From Vulcanimicrobiota bacterium (GTDB lineage: Bacteria; Vulcanimicrobiota; Vulcanimicrobiia; Vulcanimicrobiales; Vulcanimicrobiaceae): a stretch of 64,000 nucleotides of DNA. The notes beneath the pieces were generated by a model, which saw nothing but the letters and a program-made list of their open reading frames with translations, was not told the origin of the DNA and ran no database searches. The position numbers and the translations under genes were made by a program. The stretch covers positions 64,001 through 128,000 of the forward strand of contig CAVZQC010000004.1 of the NCBI GenBank assembly GCA_963777315.1, written 5' to 3'. This document shows, piece by piece, positions 55,524-64,000 of the stretch; positions within the stretch are counted from its first letter, which is position 1, and the number at the start of each line of letters is the position of its first letter.

Positions 55524-56588
55524 ATGGCTAGACCTGAACAAACCGAAAAGGCTACCCCCAAGCGCCGTGAAGAGGCGCGCAAGCGTGGTCAAGTCGCCAA
55601 GAGTCCCGACCTTGCAGGTGCTGCGGTTTTCCTTGCCGGCGTCTTCGTGCTGCATTTGCTTGCGGCTCCGACCCTGGCTTCGATAGGCGGCACGATGCAA
55701 GCGGTTCTTTCGCGCATTCAGGAACACCAAGACTTCACGACGGTCTCGGTGTGGACGCTGTTTTTGCGCGCGTTCGGTTCGGCGAGTTTGCTGTTGGGTT
55801 CCCTGTTCGCCGTCGCCGCGATCGCCGGAGTCGGCGTGAACGTGCTGCAAACGGGAGGGGTTGTGTCGCTGGTTCCACTCACGCCCAGTTTCAAGAAGAT
55901 CAACCCGTACACCGGCGTGCAGCGGCTGTTCTCCAAGCAAGTTCTCGTGAATTTCGGAAAGCAACTGCTCAAGCTCGGCGCCGTGCTCGTCATCGTCTAT
56001 ACGACCATCGCAGGCAGTCTCAATTCGCTGGCCATGCTGGGCGAAATGCCCGCCCGCGCGCTGATTGGATTCGTCGGCGATCTGGTGTTTTCGATCGGCT
56101 GGAAGTTTGGCTTCGTCTTGGTCATCGTCGCTTTATTGGACCTCGCGTACGAGCGCTGGCAGTACGAAGAAAGTCTCAAGATGAGCAAGCAAGAGGTCAA
56201 AGACGAGTATCGCCAGTCCGAAGGAAATCCGGAGATCAAAGGCGCGCTCAAACGCCGCCAGCGCGAGTTCGCTCGCCGGCGCATGATGGCCGCAGTTCCC
56301 AAGGCTACGGTCATCGTGACCAACCCCACGCACGTCGCGGTCGCGCTTGCATGGGACGAAGAGAAGATGGAAGCGCCCGTCGTGACGGCCAAAGGCGCGG
56401 ATTTGATCGCCAAGCGCATCCGCGAAATCGCGGCCGAGCACGGCGTGCCGACGATGGAGAATCCGCCGCTTGCGCGTACGCTCTACGCTAAGGTTGAACT
56501 CGATCAGGCCATTCCGCCCAACATGTATGCCGCCGTGGCGCAAGTGATTGCGTTCGTGTTCAAAATCAAGCGAAAGACGATCGCGTAA
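55524..56588 (+). CDS. flhB: Flagellar export switch protein
   Basis: TEKATPKR, LKMSKQEVKDE, NPTH autocleavage motif. Confidence 0.97.
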   Translation: MARPEQTEKATPKRREEARKRGQVAKSPDLAGAAVFLAGVFVLHLLAAPTLASIGGTMQAVLSRIQEHQDFTTVSVWTLFLRAFGSASLLLGSLFAVAAIAGVGVNVLQTGGVVSLVPLTPSFKKINPYTGVQRLFSKQVLVNFGKQLLKLGAVLVIVYTTIAGSLNSLAMLGEMPARALIGFVGDLVFSIGWKFGFVLVIVALLDLAYERWQYEESLKMSKQEVKDEYRQSEGNPEIKGALKRRQREFARRRMMAAVPKATVIVTNPTHVAVALAWDEEKMEAPVVTAKGADLIAKRIREIAAEHGVPTMENPPLARTLYAKVELDQAIPPNMYAAVAQVIAFVFKIKRKTIA

Positions 56589-58711
56589 TGGCCGCTTCAC
56601 GAACCGCGGCCGCGCCCGGAGTCCTGCAGAGAATCGGCGCCACGGCGCCGATCTGGGTCGCGGGCGCTTCGGTCATGCTGGTCATGCTGATGATCGTGCC
56701 CATCCCGGCCGTTCTTCTGGACCTGCTGCTCACGATCAATATCGCCGTCGCGCTGCTGATCATCGGCGTGTCGCTCTATGCCGAGAACGCGCTGGCCTTC
56801 AGCGTCTTCCCCACGCTGCTGCTGATCATCACGCTCTTTCGGTTGTCGCTCAACATCACCGCGACGCGCCAGATACTGCTGCACGGCTATGCCGGCGAAG
56901 TGATCAACTTTTTCGGGCAGATCGTCATCGGCGGAAACTACGCCGTCGGTTTCGTGATCTTTTTGATTCTGATCGTCATCCAGTTCGTCGTCATCACCAA
57001 CGGCGCCGGACGCGTGGCTGAAGTGGCCGCGCGTTTCACGTTGGACGCGATGCCCGGCAAGCAGCTGGCCATCGACGCGGACCTGAACGCAGGCCTCATC
57101 ACCGAAGCCGAGGCGCGCCAGCGCCGCAAAGACATTCAGCGCGCGGCGGACTTTTACGGAGCGATGGACGGCGCGAGCAAGTTCGTGCGAGGCGATGCGG
57201 TCGCCGCGCTCGTCATCGTCGCCATCAACACCGTGGGCGGATTCATCGTCGGCGTGGCGCAGGAGCACATGACGCTGATGCAGTCGCTCGAGCACTTCAC
57301 GCTGCTCACCGTCGGTGAAGGCATCGTAACCCAAGTGCCGGCGCTGCTCATATCGACTGCAACCGGCATCGTCGTCACTCGCGCCGCAAGCGAAGGCGAT
57401 TTCGGCCGCGATCTCACAAAGCAGCTGAGCGGCCAGCCAACGGCAATCCTCATAGCCGCCATCATGACGGCGGTCTTCGGCATAGCCGGATTGGTCCGCT
57501 GGTTCATGCTGCCGATCTCGGTGCTGCTGTTCATCTACTACTTCCGCAACAGGCACAAGGCGCCGCAGACCGCCGCGCAGATCGCCGCCTCGCAAGCCGG
57601 CGCAATCACCGCTGCCGGCTCGCAGCAGGCCCTCAAGCCTGCCGAGTCCATGGTGCCGCTGTTGTCGTACGATCCCATGGAGCTGGAAATAGGCTTCGGC
57701 TTGATTCCGCTAGTCGACACTACCCAAGGCGGCGATCTGCTCGAGCGCATCACGCTGATTCGCCGCCACGCCGCGCGCGATCTCGGCATCGTGGTTCCGC
57801 CGATTCGCGTGCGCGACAATCTGCAACTGCGGCCCAGCACGTACGTCGTGAAGATCTACGGATTGGAAGTTGCGTCCGCCGAAGTCATGGTCAGCCGGTT
57901 GCTCGCCATGAACCCGGGAACGGCCACGCAACCGATCGACGGCATCGCAACGACCGAACCGGCCTTCAATCTGCCCGCGCTGTGGATACCGGAGTCGGGC
58001 AAAGCGCAAGCCGAGATGAGCGGATACACCGTAATCGATCCCACCAGCGTCATCGCAACGCATTTGACGGAAATCATCAAGAGCCACAGTCCGGATCTGC
58101 TGGGCCGTCAGGAAACCTCGGCGCTGCTCGACAACGTCAAGAGCCATTATCCGGTCGTCGTGGAAGAGCTCGTTCCCAATTTGCTGACGGTCGGCGAAGT
58201 ACAGCGCGTGCTGCAGAATCTGCTGCGCGAGCGCATTCCCATTCGCAACCTGCTGCTGATCCTGGAAAGCCTGGCCGATGCGGCACGCGTGAGCAAAGAC
58301 GTGGACTTCTTGACCGAACGCGTTCGTGCGGCGATGGCGCGCCACATCTGCGCGGAATATTCCGAAGACGGCCTGCTGTCGGTGATCACGGTCGATCCGC
58401 GCTTGGAGTCGCTGCTGGGCGAAGCGGTGCGCCGCGGAGAAGATGCGTACGCGCTGCTCGATCCCAATACCGTGGCGAAGATTTACAGTTCGCTGACCGC
58501 GCAGATGCAGGCCGCGCAGTCCGCGGGACTGCATCCGATCGTCCTGTGTTCGCCGTCGGTGCGTTTGGCGCTTAAACGCTTGACCGAGCGCGCCGCGCCG
58601 CAGCTCGTGGTGCTCTCGTACTCGGAGATCGCTGCCGGTTTGCGGGTGGAATCGATCGGCCAAGTGTCGGCCGCCGAGATGCCGGCCGAGCCGCTGGCGG
58701 CGGTGACGTGA
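56588..58711 (+). CDS. flhA: Flagellar export protein
   Basis: RVAEVAARFTLDAMPGKQ, FYGAMDGASKFV.GD, LL.ERIPIRN. Confidence 0.98.
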   Translation: MAASRTAAAPGVLQRIGATAPIWVAGASVMLVMLMIVPIPAVLLDLLLTINIAVALLIIGVSLYAENALAFSVFPTLLLIITLFRLSLNITATRQILLHGYAGEVINFFGQIVIGGNYAVGFVIFLILIVIQFVVITNGAGRVAEVAARFTLDAMPGKQLAIDADLNAGLITEAEARQRRKDIQRAADFYGAMDGASKFVRGDAVAALVIVAINTVGGFIVGVAQEHMTLMQSLEHFTLLTVGEGIVTQVPALLISTATGIVVTRAASEGDFGRDLTKQLSGQPTAILIAAIMTAVFGIAGLVRWFMLPISVLLFIYYFRNRHKAPQTAAQIAASQAGAITAAGSQQALKPAESMVPLLSYDPMELEIGFGLIPLVDTTQGGDLLERITLIRRHAARDLGIVVPPIRVRDNLQLRPSTYVVKIYGLEVASAEVMVSRLLAMNPGTATQPIDGIATTEPAFNLPALWIPESGKAQAEMSGYTVIDPTSVIATHLTEIIKSHSPDLLGRQETSALLDNVKSHYPVVVEELVPNLLTVGEVQRVLQNLLRERIPIRNLLLILESLADAARVSKDVDFLTERVRAAMARHICAEYSEDGLLSVITVDPRLESLLGEAVRRGEDAYALLDPNTVAKIYSSLTAQMQAAQSAGLHPIVLCSPSVRLALKRLTERAAPQLVVLSYSEIAAGLRVESIGQVSAAEMPAEPLAAVT

Positions 58712-59373
58712 TGTTCGGCCTGTTTCGCAGCGCAGCGCGCAAATCGGTTTCAGCCGAGAAACTGCCGGTGCTGCATTCGTTCGTCGACGTGGCGGTCGGG
58801 GGGCGGCGGATGCGTTCGGTGTCGATCGAAGAGCTCAATCCGCGCTACGTTGCGGTGAACGAGGTAGTCGGGCGGGCCGGCGAACGCAGCGCGATCGTGT
58901 ACCACACCGCAAGCGGTAAATTTCGTTTGGGCACCACGATAGCGGACGTCAAAGACGGCATGACCTACTTCCAGCTGCCCGGACGCGTCGAAATGCTCGC
59001 GGGCGGCGGCCAAAAGCGAACGAGTGTGCGGTTGGACACGCTGGTTTCGGGCGTATGGCGCATGGCGCCCGACGGCAAAGGCGTGGGCGAGTTCATGAAG
59101 GGCAGCATCCGCGACATCAGCCGCGGGGGATGCGCGATCATCATGAGCCGGCAATGCCGCGTGGGCCAATGGCTCGAAATCAAGATGGCGCTCAAGCACG
59201 AAACGCCCGCCGTTGCGGTGGTGGGCGAGATCGTGCGCTGCGAACAGGTGCCCACGTCGGGCAAGTTTTCGCATGGTTTACGTTTCCACGGGCTCACGCC
59301 GGCGCAAGACCATCAGATACTCGAGTTCATCAATCGCAAGCAAACCGAGCTGCGAAGCCGGGGCTTGGCTTAA
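58708..59373 (+). CDS. PilZ-domain c-di-GMP receptor (YcgR/MotI-like flagellar brake candidate)
   Basis: QKRTSVR (RxxxR) and DISRGG (DxSxxG). Confidence 0.88.
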   Translation: MMFGLFRSAARKSVSAEKLPVLHSFVDVAVGGRRMRSVSIEELNPRYVAVNEVVGRAGERSAIVYHTASGKFRLGTTIADVKDGMTYFQLPGRVEMLAGGGQKRTSVRLDTLVSGVWRMAPDGKGVGEFMKGSIRDISRGGCAIIMSRQCRVGQWLEIKMALKHETPAVAVVGEIVRCEQVPTSGKFSHGLRFHGLTPAQDHQILEFINRKQTELRSRGLA

Positions 59374-59385
59374 CGCGCCGGTTGT

Positions 59386-59412
59386 TAAGGAAATCGGCCC
59401 GCAAGCCGATTC
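59386..59412 (+). promoter_or_regulatory. Putative sigma28 promoter for cheY-cheC-cheA-cheW
   Basis: TAAG-N15-GCCGATTC. Confidence 0.6.
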
Positions 59413-59465
59413 AGATTTCAGGGGTTCCTTACGGAACACCGTCAGCTATCTCTTTTGGAGCGCCT

Positions 59466-59828
59466 ATGAGTAAGCGAGTTCTCATCGTCGATGACGCCGT
59501 CGTCATGCGGATGATGATAAAAGGAATTTTGAGCAAGAATGGATTCGACGTCGTCGGCGAGGCTCAGAACGGCGTTGAGGCGGTCGACAAGTACAAATCG
59601 CTGAATCCGGATTTGGTGACGATGGACATGGTGATGCCGGAGATGGACGGCATTACGGCCGTGCGCGAGATCATGGGACACGATCCGTGCGCGAAGATCA
59701 TCATGTGCACGTCGATGGGCCAGCAAGCGCTGGTCGTTGAGGCAATTCAAGCGGGGGCGAAATCATTCATCACCAAACCGTTCCAACCGCCGAAGATACT
59801 GGAAACCATCCACAAGGTGCTGGCGTGA
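59466..59828 (+). CDS. cheY: Chemotaxis response regulator
   Basis: Single receiver domain VLIVDD..TMDMVMPEMDG..KPF of Bacillus/Thermotoga type; GGAG RBS. Confidence 0.93.
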   Translation: MSKRVLIVDDAVVMRMMIKGILSKNGFDVVGEAQNGVEAVDKYKSLNPDLVTMDMVMPEMDGITAVREIMGHDPCAKIIMCTSMGQQALVVEAIQAGAKSFITKPFQPPKILETIHKVLA

Positions 59829-60436
59829 TCGCGCAAACGCTCAAGCTCAACGATCTGCAAAAGGACGCGCTCAAGGAAGTCGGCAATATCGGCGCCGGCC
59901 ATGCCGCCACGGCGCTCTCGCAGCTGCTCAACGCGAAAATCAATCTGAGCGAGCCGCGGATCGACGTCATCAAATTCCGCGATCTGGCTTCGCGCGTGGG
60001 CCACGAAAACCGCATGGTGGCCGCGCTGCACATGTACATTCGCGGCGAAGCGCCCGGTCAGATGATAGTGCTGTTCGATCGCGAACAAGCCATGGACTTC
60101 GTCTCCGCGTTTCTCAAACGCGTGATCGGCGACATCCAGATCTTCGATTCCATCTCCGATTCGACGCTCAAGGAAATCGGCAACATCATCGCGGGCGCGT
60201 ACCTGTCGGCCATCAACAACCTGACCGGCCAGAACGTTCTCCCGTCGGTGCCGACGCTCTCGTACGGGACGATCCAGGCAGCTTTCCGCACGCTGATGTC
60301 GATCCTTCCCGACCAGGACGTGTTCCTGATCGAGAGCAGCTTTCTGGACAAGGAAAAAGAAGTAGCCGGCCAGTTCATTCTGATCCCGGAAACGGGTTCG
60401 CTGGCGCCCCTCTTGAGCGTATTCGGAGTCGAATAG
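59825..60436 (+). CDS. cheC: CheY-P phosphatase
   Basis: Two ExxN sites: EVGNIGAG and EIGNII. Confidence 0.93.
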   Translation: MIAQTLKLNDLQKDALKEVGNIGAGHAATALSQLLNAKINLSEPRIDVIKFRDLASRVGHENRMVAALHMYIRGEAPGQMIVLFDREQAMDFVSAFLKRVIGDIQIFDSISDSTLKEIGNIIAGAYLSAINNLTGQNVLPSVPTLSYGTIQAAFRTLMSILPDQDVFLIESSFLDKEKEVAGQFILIPETGSLAPLLSVFGVE

Positions 60437-60458
60437 CGCGCCGGCCTAGGTTCCCCGC

Positions 60459-62222
60459 ATGAGCGACGATCTGTTCGACAAGTCGGAATTCATCTCGTAC
60501 TTTCGGGACGAGGCCGAGGAACTGCTTTTGCGGATCGACGCCGATCTGCTGCAGATCGAAGAACATGCCGCGGGCGGGCACGCCGACACCGAACTGATCA
60601 ATTCGCTTTTCCGGGCGCTGCATACGATCAAGGGCAGCGCGGGCATGCTGCAGTTCGTCGAAGTTGCAGAGCTCGCTCATAAGCTCGAGAACTTGTGCGA
60701 CTTGCTGCGCAAGGATCGCATGCAGCTTTCCGAAGCGTGCGTGGACGTGCTCTTCGCCGGCCGCGATTTTCTCACGGATCTGGTCCACGCCGCCGTCGAC
60801 GGCGCCGATCCTCCTTCGGGATTACTCGACTACGGCGCGCGGCTGGATGCGTTCGTAGCCGGAAATGAAGAAACGGCCGCGGCGCCCATAGCGCCGGCTT
60901 CGCCGGCGCAAGCTCCGGAGCGGCACGATCCGGCTGTGCCGGCCAAGAGCGCCAAACGCGCTGCAATGCACCAGACGATACGGGTCGACATCGAGCGGCT
61001 CGATCTGCTGCTCAATTTGGTCGGCGAGCTGGTCATTAACCGGACTCGCATCACCGACATCGCCAACACGCTGGACCGCGCGCTGGTCGAGCAGAGCGCC
61101 GGGCACGGTTCGCACAACGGGCGCGAAAAGCACTTGGGGACGCTTGCAAAAGAACTCGCGGACAGTTCGGCGCTGCTGGCGCGCACCACCAACGAGATCC
61201 AGGAATCGATCATGAAGGTGCGCATGGTGCGCATCGGCCAGGTGTTCGATCGGTTCCCGCGCTTGGTGCGCGACGTCGCCAAGGCTCGCGGCAAAGAGGT
61301 GCAGTTGCACATATCGGGTGCCGAAACGGACTTGGACAAGACGATCGTGGACGAAGTCGGCGAGCCGCTCATGCATCTGCTGCGCAATTGCGTCGATCAT
61401 GGAATCGAAACGCCGGAAGAACGCGAGCGCCGCGGCAAACCGCGGCACGGCACCATTTCGCTCAATGCCTATCACGAAGGCAATCAGATCATCATCGAAG
61501 TGCGGGACGACGGCAACGGCATCGACTTGGAGCGCGTGCATGCGCGCGGCGTCAAACAAGGTCTGATCGGCGCCGACGAAAAGTTGAGCGATCGCGAGAT
61601 CGTGGAACTGATTTTTACACCGGGCTTCTCAACCGCGGAAGTCGTGAGCGACGTAAGCGGTCGCGGCGTGGGCATGGACGTGGTCAAAAAGAACATCACG
61701 CAGATCAAAGGCGTCTTCGACGTGGACACCGTCCCGGGATCCGGCACGACGTTCACGATCAAATTGCCGCTGACCCTGGCCATTATCCAGGCACTGCTCG
61801 TTCGCGTGGGTCAAGAACTGTACGCGATCCCGCTGGACTCGGTCATCGAATCCCAGCGCGTTGAAATGAGCGACGTGCGCACGGTACACGGCAACGAGGT
61901 CATCACGCTGCGCGGTCAGGTCGTACCGCTTTTGCGCATCGCAGACTTCTTCGAATTGGGAGGCGAGCGCGATCCGGAAAAGGTGATGATCGTCATCGTG
62001 GGCCTGCAGGGCCGTCAGGTCGGCTTGGTGGTGGACTCGTTTCAAGGCGAGCAGGAGATCGTCATCAAGCCGCTGTCGCACGTGGTCGGGCGGATCGCCG
62101 GAATTTCCGGCGCCACGATCCTTGGCAACGGATCGATCTCGCTCATCATCGACGTGCATTCGCTGGTTTCGGAAGCGTATGCCGGCAGCCGCGTCGCACG
62201 CGCCGAATATTCGGGGGTATAG
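60459..62222 (+). CDS. cheA: Chemotaxis histidine kinase
   Basis: FRALHTIKG HPt, HLLRNCVDHG, GFSTA..SGRGVGMDVV, CheW domain. Confidence 0.97.
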   Translation: MSDDLFDKSEFISYFRDEAEELLLRIDADLLQIEEHAAGGHADTELINSLFRALHTIKGSAGMLQFVEVAELAHKLENLCDLLRKDRMQLSEACVDVLFAGRDFLTDLVHAAVDGADPPSGLLDYGARLDAFVAGNEETAAAPIAPASPAQAPERHDPAVPAKSAKRAAMHQTIRVDIERLDLLLNLVGELVINRTRITDIANTLDRALVEQSAGHGSHNGREKHLGTLAKELADSSALLARTTNEIQESIMKVRMVRIGQVFDRFPRLVRDVAKARGKEVQLHISGAETDLDKTIVDEVGEPLMHLLRNCVDHGIETPEERERRGKPRHGTISLNAYHEGNQIIIEVRDDGNGIDLERVHARGVKQGLIGADEKLSDREIVELIFTPGFSTAEVVSDVSGRGVGMDVVKKNITQIKGVFDVDTVPGSGTTFTIKLPLTLAIIQALLVRVGQELYAIPLDSVIESQRVEMSDVRTVHGNEVITLRGQVVPLLRIADFFELGGERDPEKVMIVIVGLQGRQVGLVVDSFQGEQEIVIKPLSHVVGRIAGISGATILGNGSISLIIDVHSLVSEAYAGSRVARAEYSGV

Positions 62223-62224
62223 CA

Positions 62225-62722
62225 ATGACCGAAGTGATCCAAAAGCAGCAGCAGCCCGCCGCGCTCGTTCAAGTCGTCTCCTTTCGTTTGGGAAATGAGG
62301 AGTACGGGGTCGACATCGCGCAAGTGCAGGAGATCATCCGCACGGTTGAAATCACGCACGTACCCCGCGCTTCCCATTTTATGGAAGGCGTCATCAATCT
62401 GCGCGGCCAGCTCATTCCCATCATCGACTTGCGCACGCGCTTTGCTATGCCGCGCGCGGAGCACACGAAGAGCACGCGCATCGTGGTTACCGAGTTCGGC
62501 AACAAGCGAGTCGGCATCGTGGTCGACAGCGTGTCCGAAGTGCTCAACATTCCAATCGAGCAGGTGGAGAACGCACCCGAGATGATAGCAGGCGTCGGCA
62601 CCGATTACATTCAGGGCGTCGGCAAAGTGAACGACAGGCTCGTCATTTTGCTCGACCTCGCAATGGTCATCACCGGTGAAGAACGAGCGCAGCTGGAAGC
62701 GGCCGAATCCAGCGAGCGGTGA
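62225..62722 (+). CDS. cheW: Chemotaxis coupling protein
   Basis: EEYGVDI..VQEI, GVINLRG, GIVVDSVSEV. Confidence 0.96.
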   Translation: MTEVIQKQQQPAALVQVVSFRLGNEEYGVDIAQVQEIIRTVEITHVPRASHFMEGVINLRGQLIPIIDLRTRFAMPRAEHTKSTRIVVTEFGNKRVGIVVDSVSEVLNIPIEQVENAPEMIAGVGTDYIQGVGKVNDRLVILLDLAMVITGEERAQLEAAESSER

Positions 62723-62862
62723 AGACCGCGTTAAGGTAAATTCCCGCCCCGCACCGAAAGCACCGAAGGGAAGTCACGGCACTGCCGTGCCGGACGCTTT
62801 TTACGCATGGGCCGCCTTCGGCCTACGCGTACACTTTGTTCTTTAGTGGGGGTTTTGCGACT

Positions 62863-64000
62863 ATGCACAACACACGACGCCTCCGCCACGTCTACGTAAC
62901 GGCTCTATTGCTCGTCGCGTTTCTGCTCCAGGCAACATGGACACTGGCGGGAACGACGGGCGCTCTGTCCGGTGTAGTGACGGGGGAAAACAGCGCGCCG
63001 GTGGCCGGCGCGGTCGTCACGGTTTCCTCTCCTTCCGAGCACGCCAGCGTCACGACCGACGCGAGCGGGCACTTCAGTTTTCTTTCCTTGGCGCCCGACA
63101 CGTACACGCTCGGGGCTGCGAAAGAGGGTTATACGTCCGCGGCCATACCGGGCGTGGTGGTTTTCGCGGACCAAACCCAGACGCTTCAGGTACAATTGAG
63201 CAGAACGCTCAAAACTATCGCGCAGGTTCGTTCGCAGGCGCAAGGCAGTCTGGTAAAAGCCGGCACGACGACGGACGTCTATGCGGTTAACGCGGCCACC
63301 GCCACGCAGCTGGCCACGTCCGGCGGCGGCAACAACCTGGACAGCGCGTACTCAGCCATTTACTCGCAGCCCGGCGTCGTGGGATTGCCGGGCAACTACG
63401 GCTTCGGTCAAGTCTTCTTTATCCACGGCTCGAGCTACAATCAGATCGGCTACGAGTTTGACGGCATCCCGGTCAATCGCGCATTCGACAACTACAACGC
63501 GAACTCGCTCTCGAATCTCGGCACGCAATCGACCGAAGTGTACACCGGGGGCGGCCCCGCAGGCGCCACGTCGCCGACACTCGGAGGATACATCAATCAG
63601 GTCATCAAGGCCGGCACCTATCCCGGTTACGGCAACTTGAGCGTCGGCATCGGCGCTCCGGCCTTCTATCACCAAGCCCAAATCGAGGGCGGCGGTGCGA
63701 CTCCGAACCGTACCTTCTCGTGGTACGTCGCCGTGCGCGGCTCCAACATGATTCCAAACCAGCTGGACGAGAAGAACGGCGGCGACTTGAACCCGGACGG
63801 CGACAACCGGTACGGGCAGCAGGGCGTGAGCTGGAACACCTTGATGCTGCCGGCGGAGCTTTTCCTCGGGAGCAGCGGGCGAGGACCCTGGTCCGACTGC
63901 ACCGGCGGCGGCGCAGTCGCCCCCGCGAACGGTTCGTATCTCTCACCGATCATTTCCGGATTGTACGGCGCTGCGGGAACGATGAACGCATGTAACGTGT
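62863..64000 (+). CDS. TonB-dependent receptor with N-terminal carboxypeptidase-regulatory-like domain, 3' truncated (absent from ORF track)
   Basis: MHNTRRLRHVYVTALLLVAFLLQATWTLAGTTGALSG.., TDASGHFSFLSLAPDTY, plug-like IHG..QIGYEFDGIPVN..GGYINQVIKAG; open to the window end. Confidence 0.85.
   Translation, partial: MHNTRRLRHVYVTALLLVAFLLQATWTLAGTTGALSGVVTGENSAPVAGAVVTVSSPSEHASVTTDASGHFSFLSLAPDTYTLGAAKEGYTSAAIPGVVVFADQTQTLQVQLSRTLKTIAQVRSQAQGSLVKAGTTTDVYAVNAATATQLATSGGGNNLDSAYSAIYSQPGVVGLPGNYGFGQVFFIHGSSYNQIGYEFDGIPVNRAFDNYNANSLSNLGTQSTEVYTGGGPAGATSPTLGGYINQVIKAGTYPGYGNLSVGIGAPAFYHQAQIEGGGATPNRTFSWYVAVRGSNMIPNQLDEKNGGDLNPDGDNRYGQQGVSWNTLMLPAELFLGSSGRGPWSDCTGGGAVAPANGSYLSPIISGLYGAAGTMNACNV

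Overview
GC-rich bacterial chromosomal window. The gene families point to Ca. Eremiobacterota/Vulcanimicrobiota (inference): a TonB-dependent receptor starting GTTG, a Vgb-like lipoprotein, a class III cyclase-STAND protein, and a Firmicutes-like fla/che order in a diderm. 1-34 kb: housekeeping genes (purD, purF, panB, hppA, ftsY, recA, recX, hpt, purA) mixed with accessory genes and a cheR-cheB-fliA-fliK-like-flhB-like block. 34-63 kb: a large flagellar/chemotaxis cluster (fliF to cheW) with two interspersed non-flagellar gene blocks. The window ends in a truncated TonB-dependent receptor. No rRNA, tRNA, IS element or true CRISPR array was seen. Main observations: (1) A three-gene heme-copper operon whose subunit I has Asn in place of the cross-linked Tyr (sNOR-type NO reductase signature), with a membrane/cytochrome c fusion gene and a 3x heptamer repeat upstream. 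(2) A candidate RNA-level control layer in the flagellar cluster: duplicated 28-nt GGA-loop (CsrA-type) hairpins and a sequestered flbD start codon after flgE, a two-hairpin leader before flgE, a GGA-hexaloop hairpin in the fliF leader, and four sigma28-type promoters. (3) A perfect Gram-positive-type LexA box upstream of ftsY-recA-recX. (4) A soluble histidine kinase with a degenerate GGDEF-like input domain. (5) Small ORFs of unknown function, two single-base frameshifts and two apparent CTG starts. All calls come from reading the sequence; no database searches were run.
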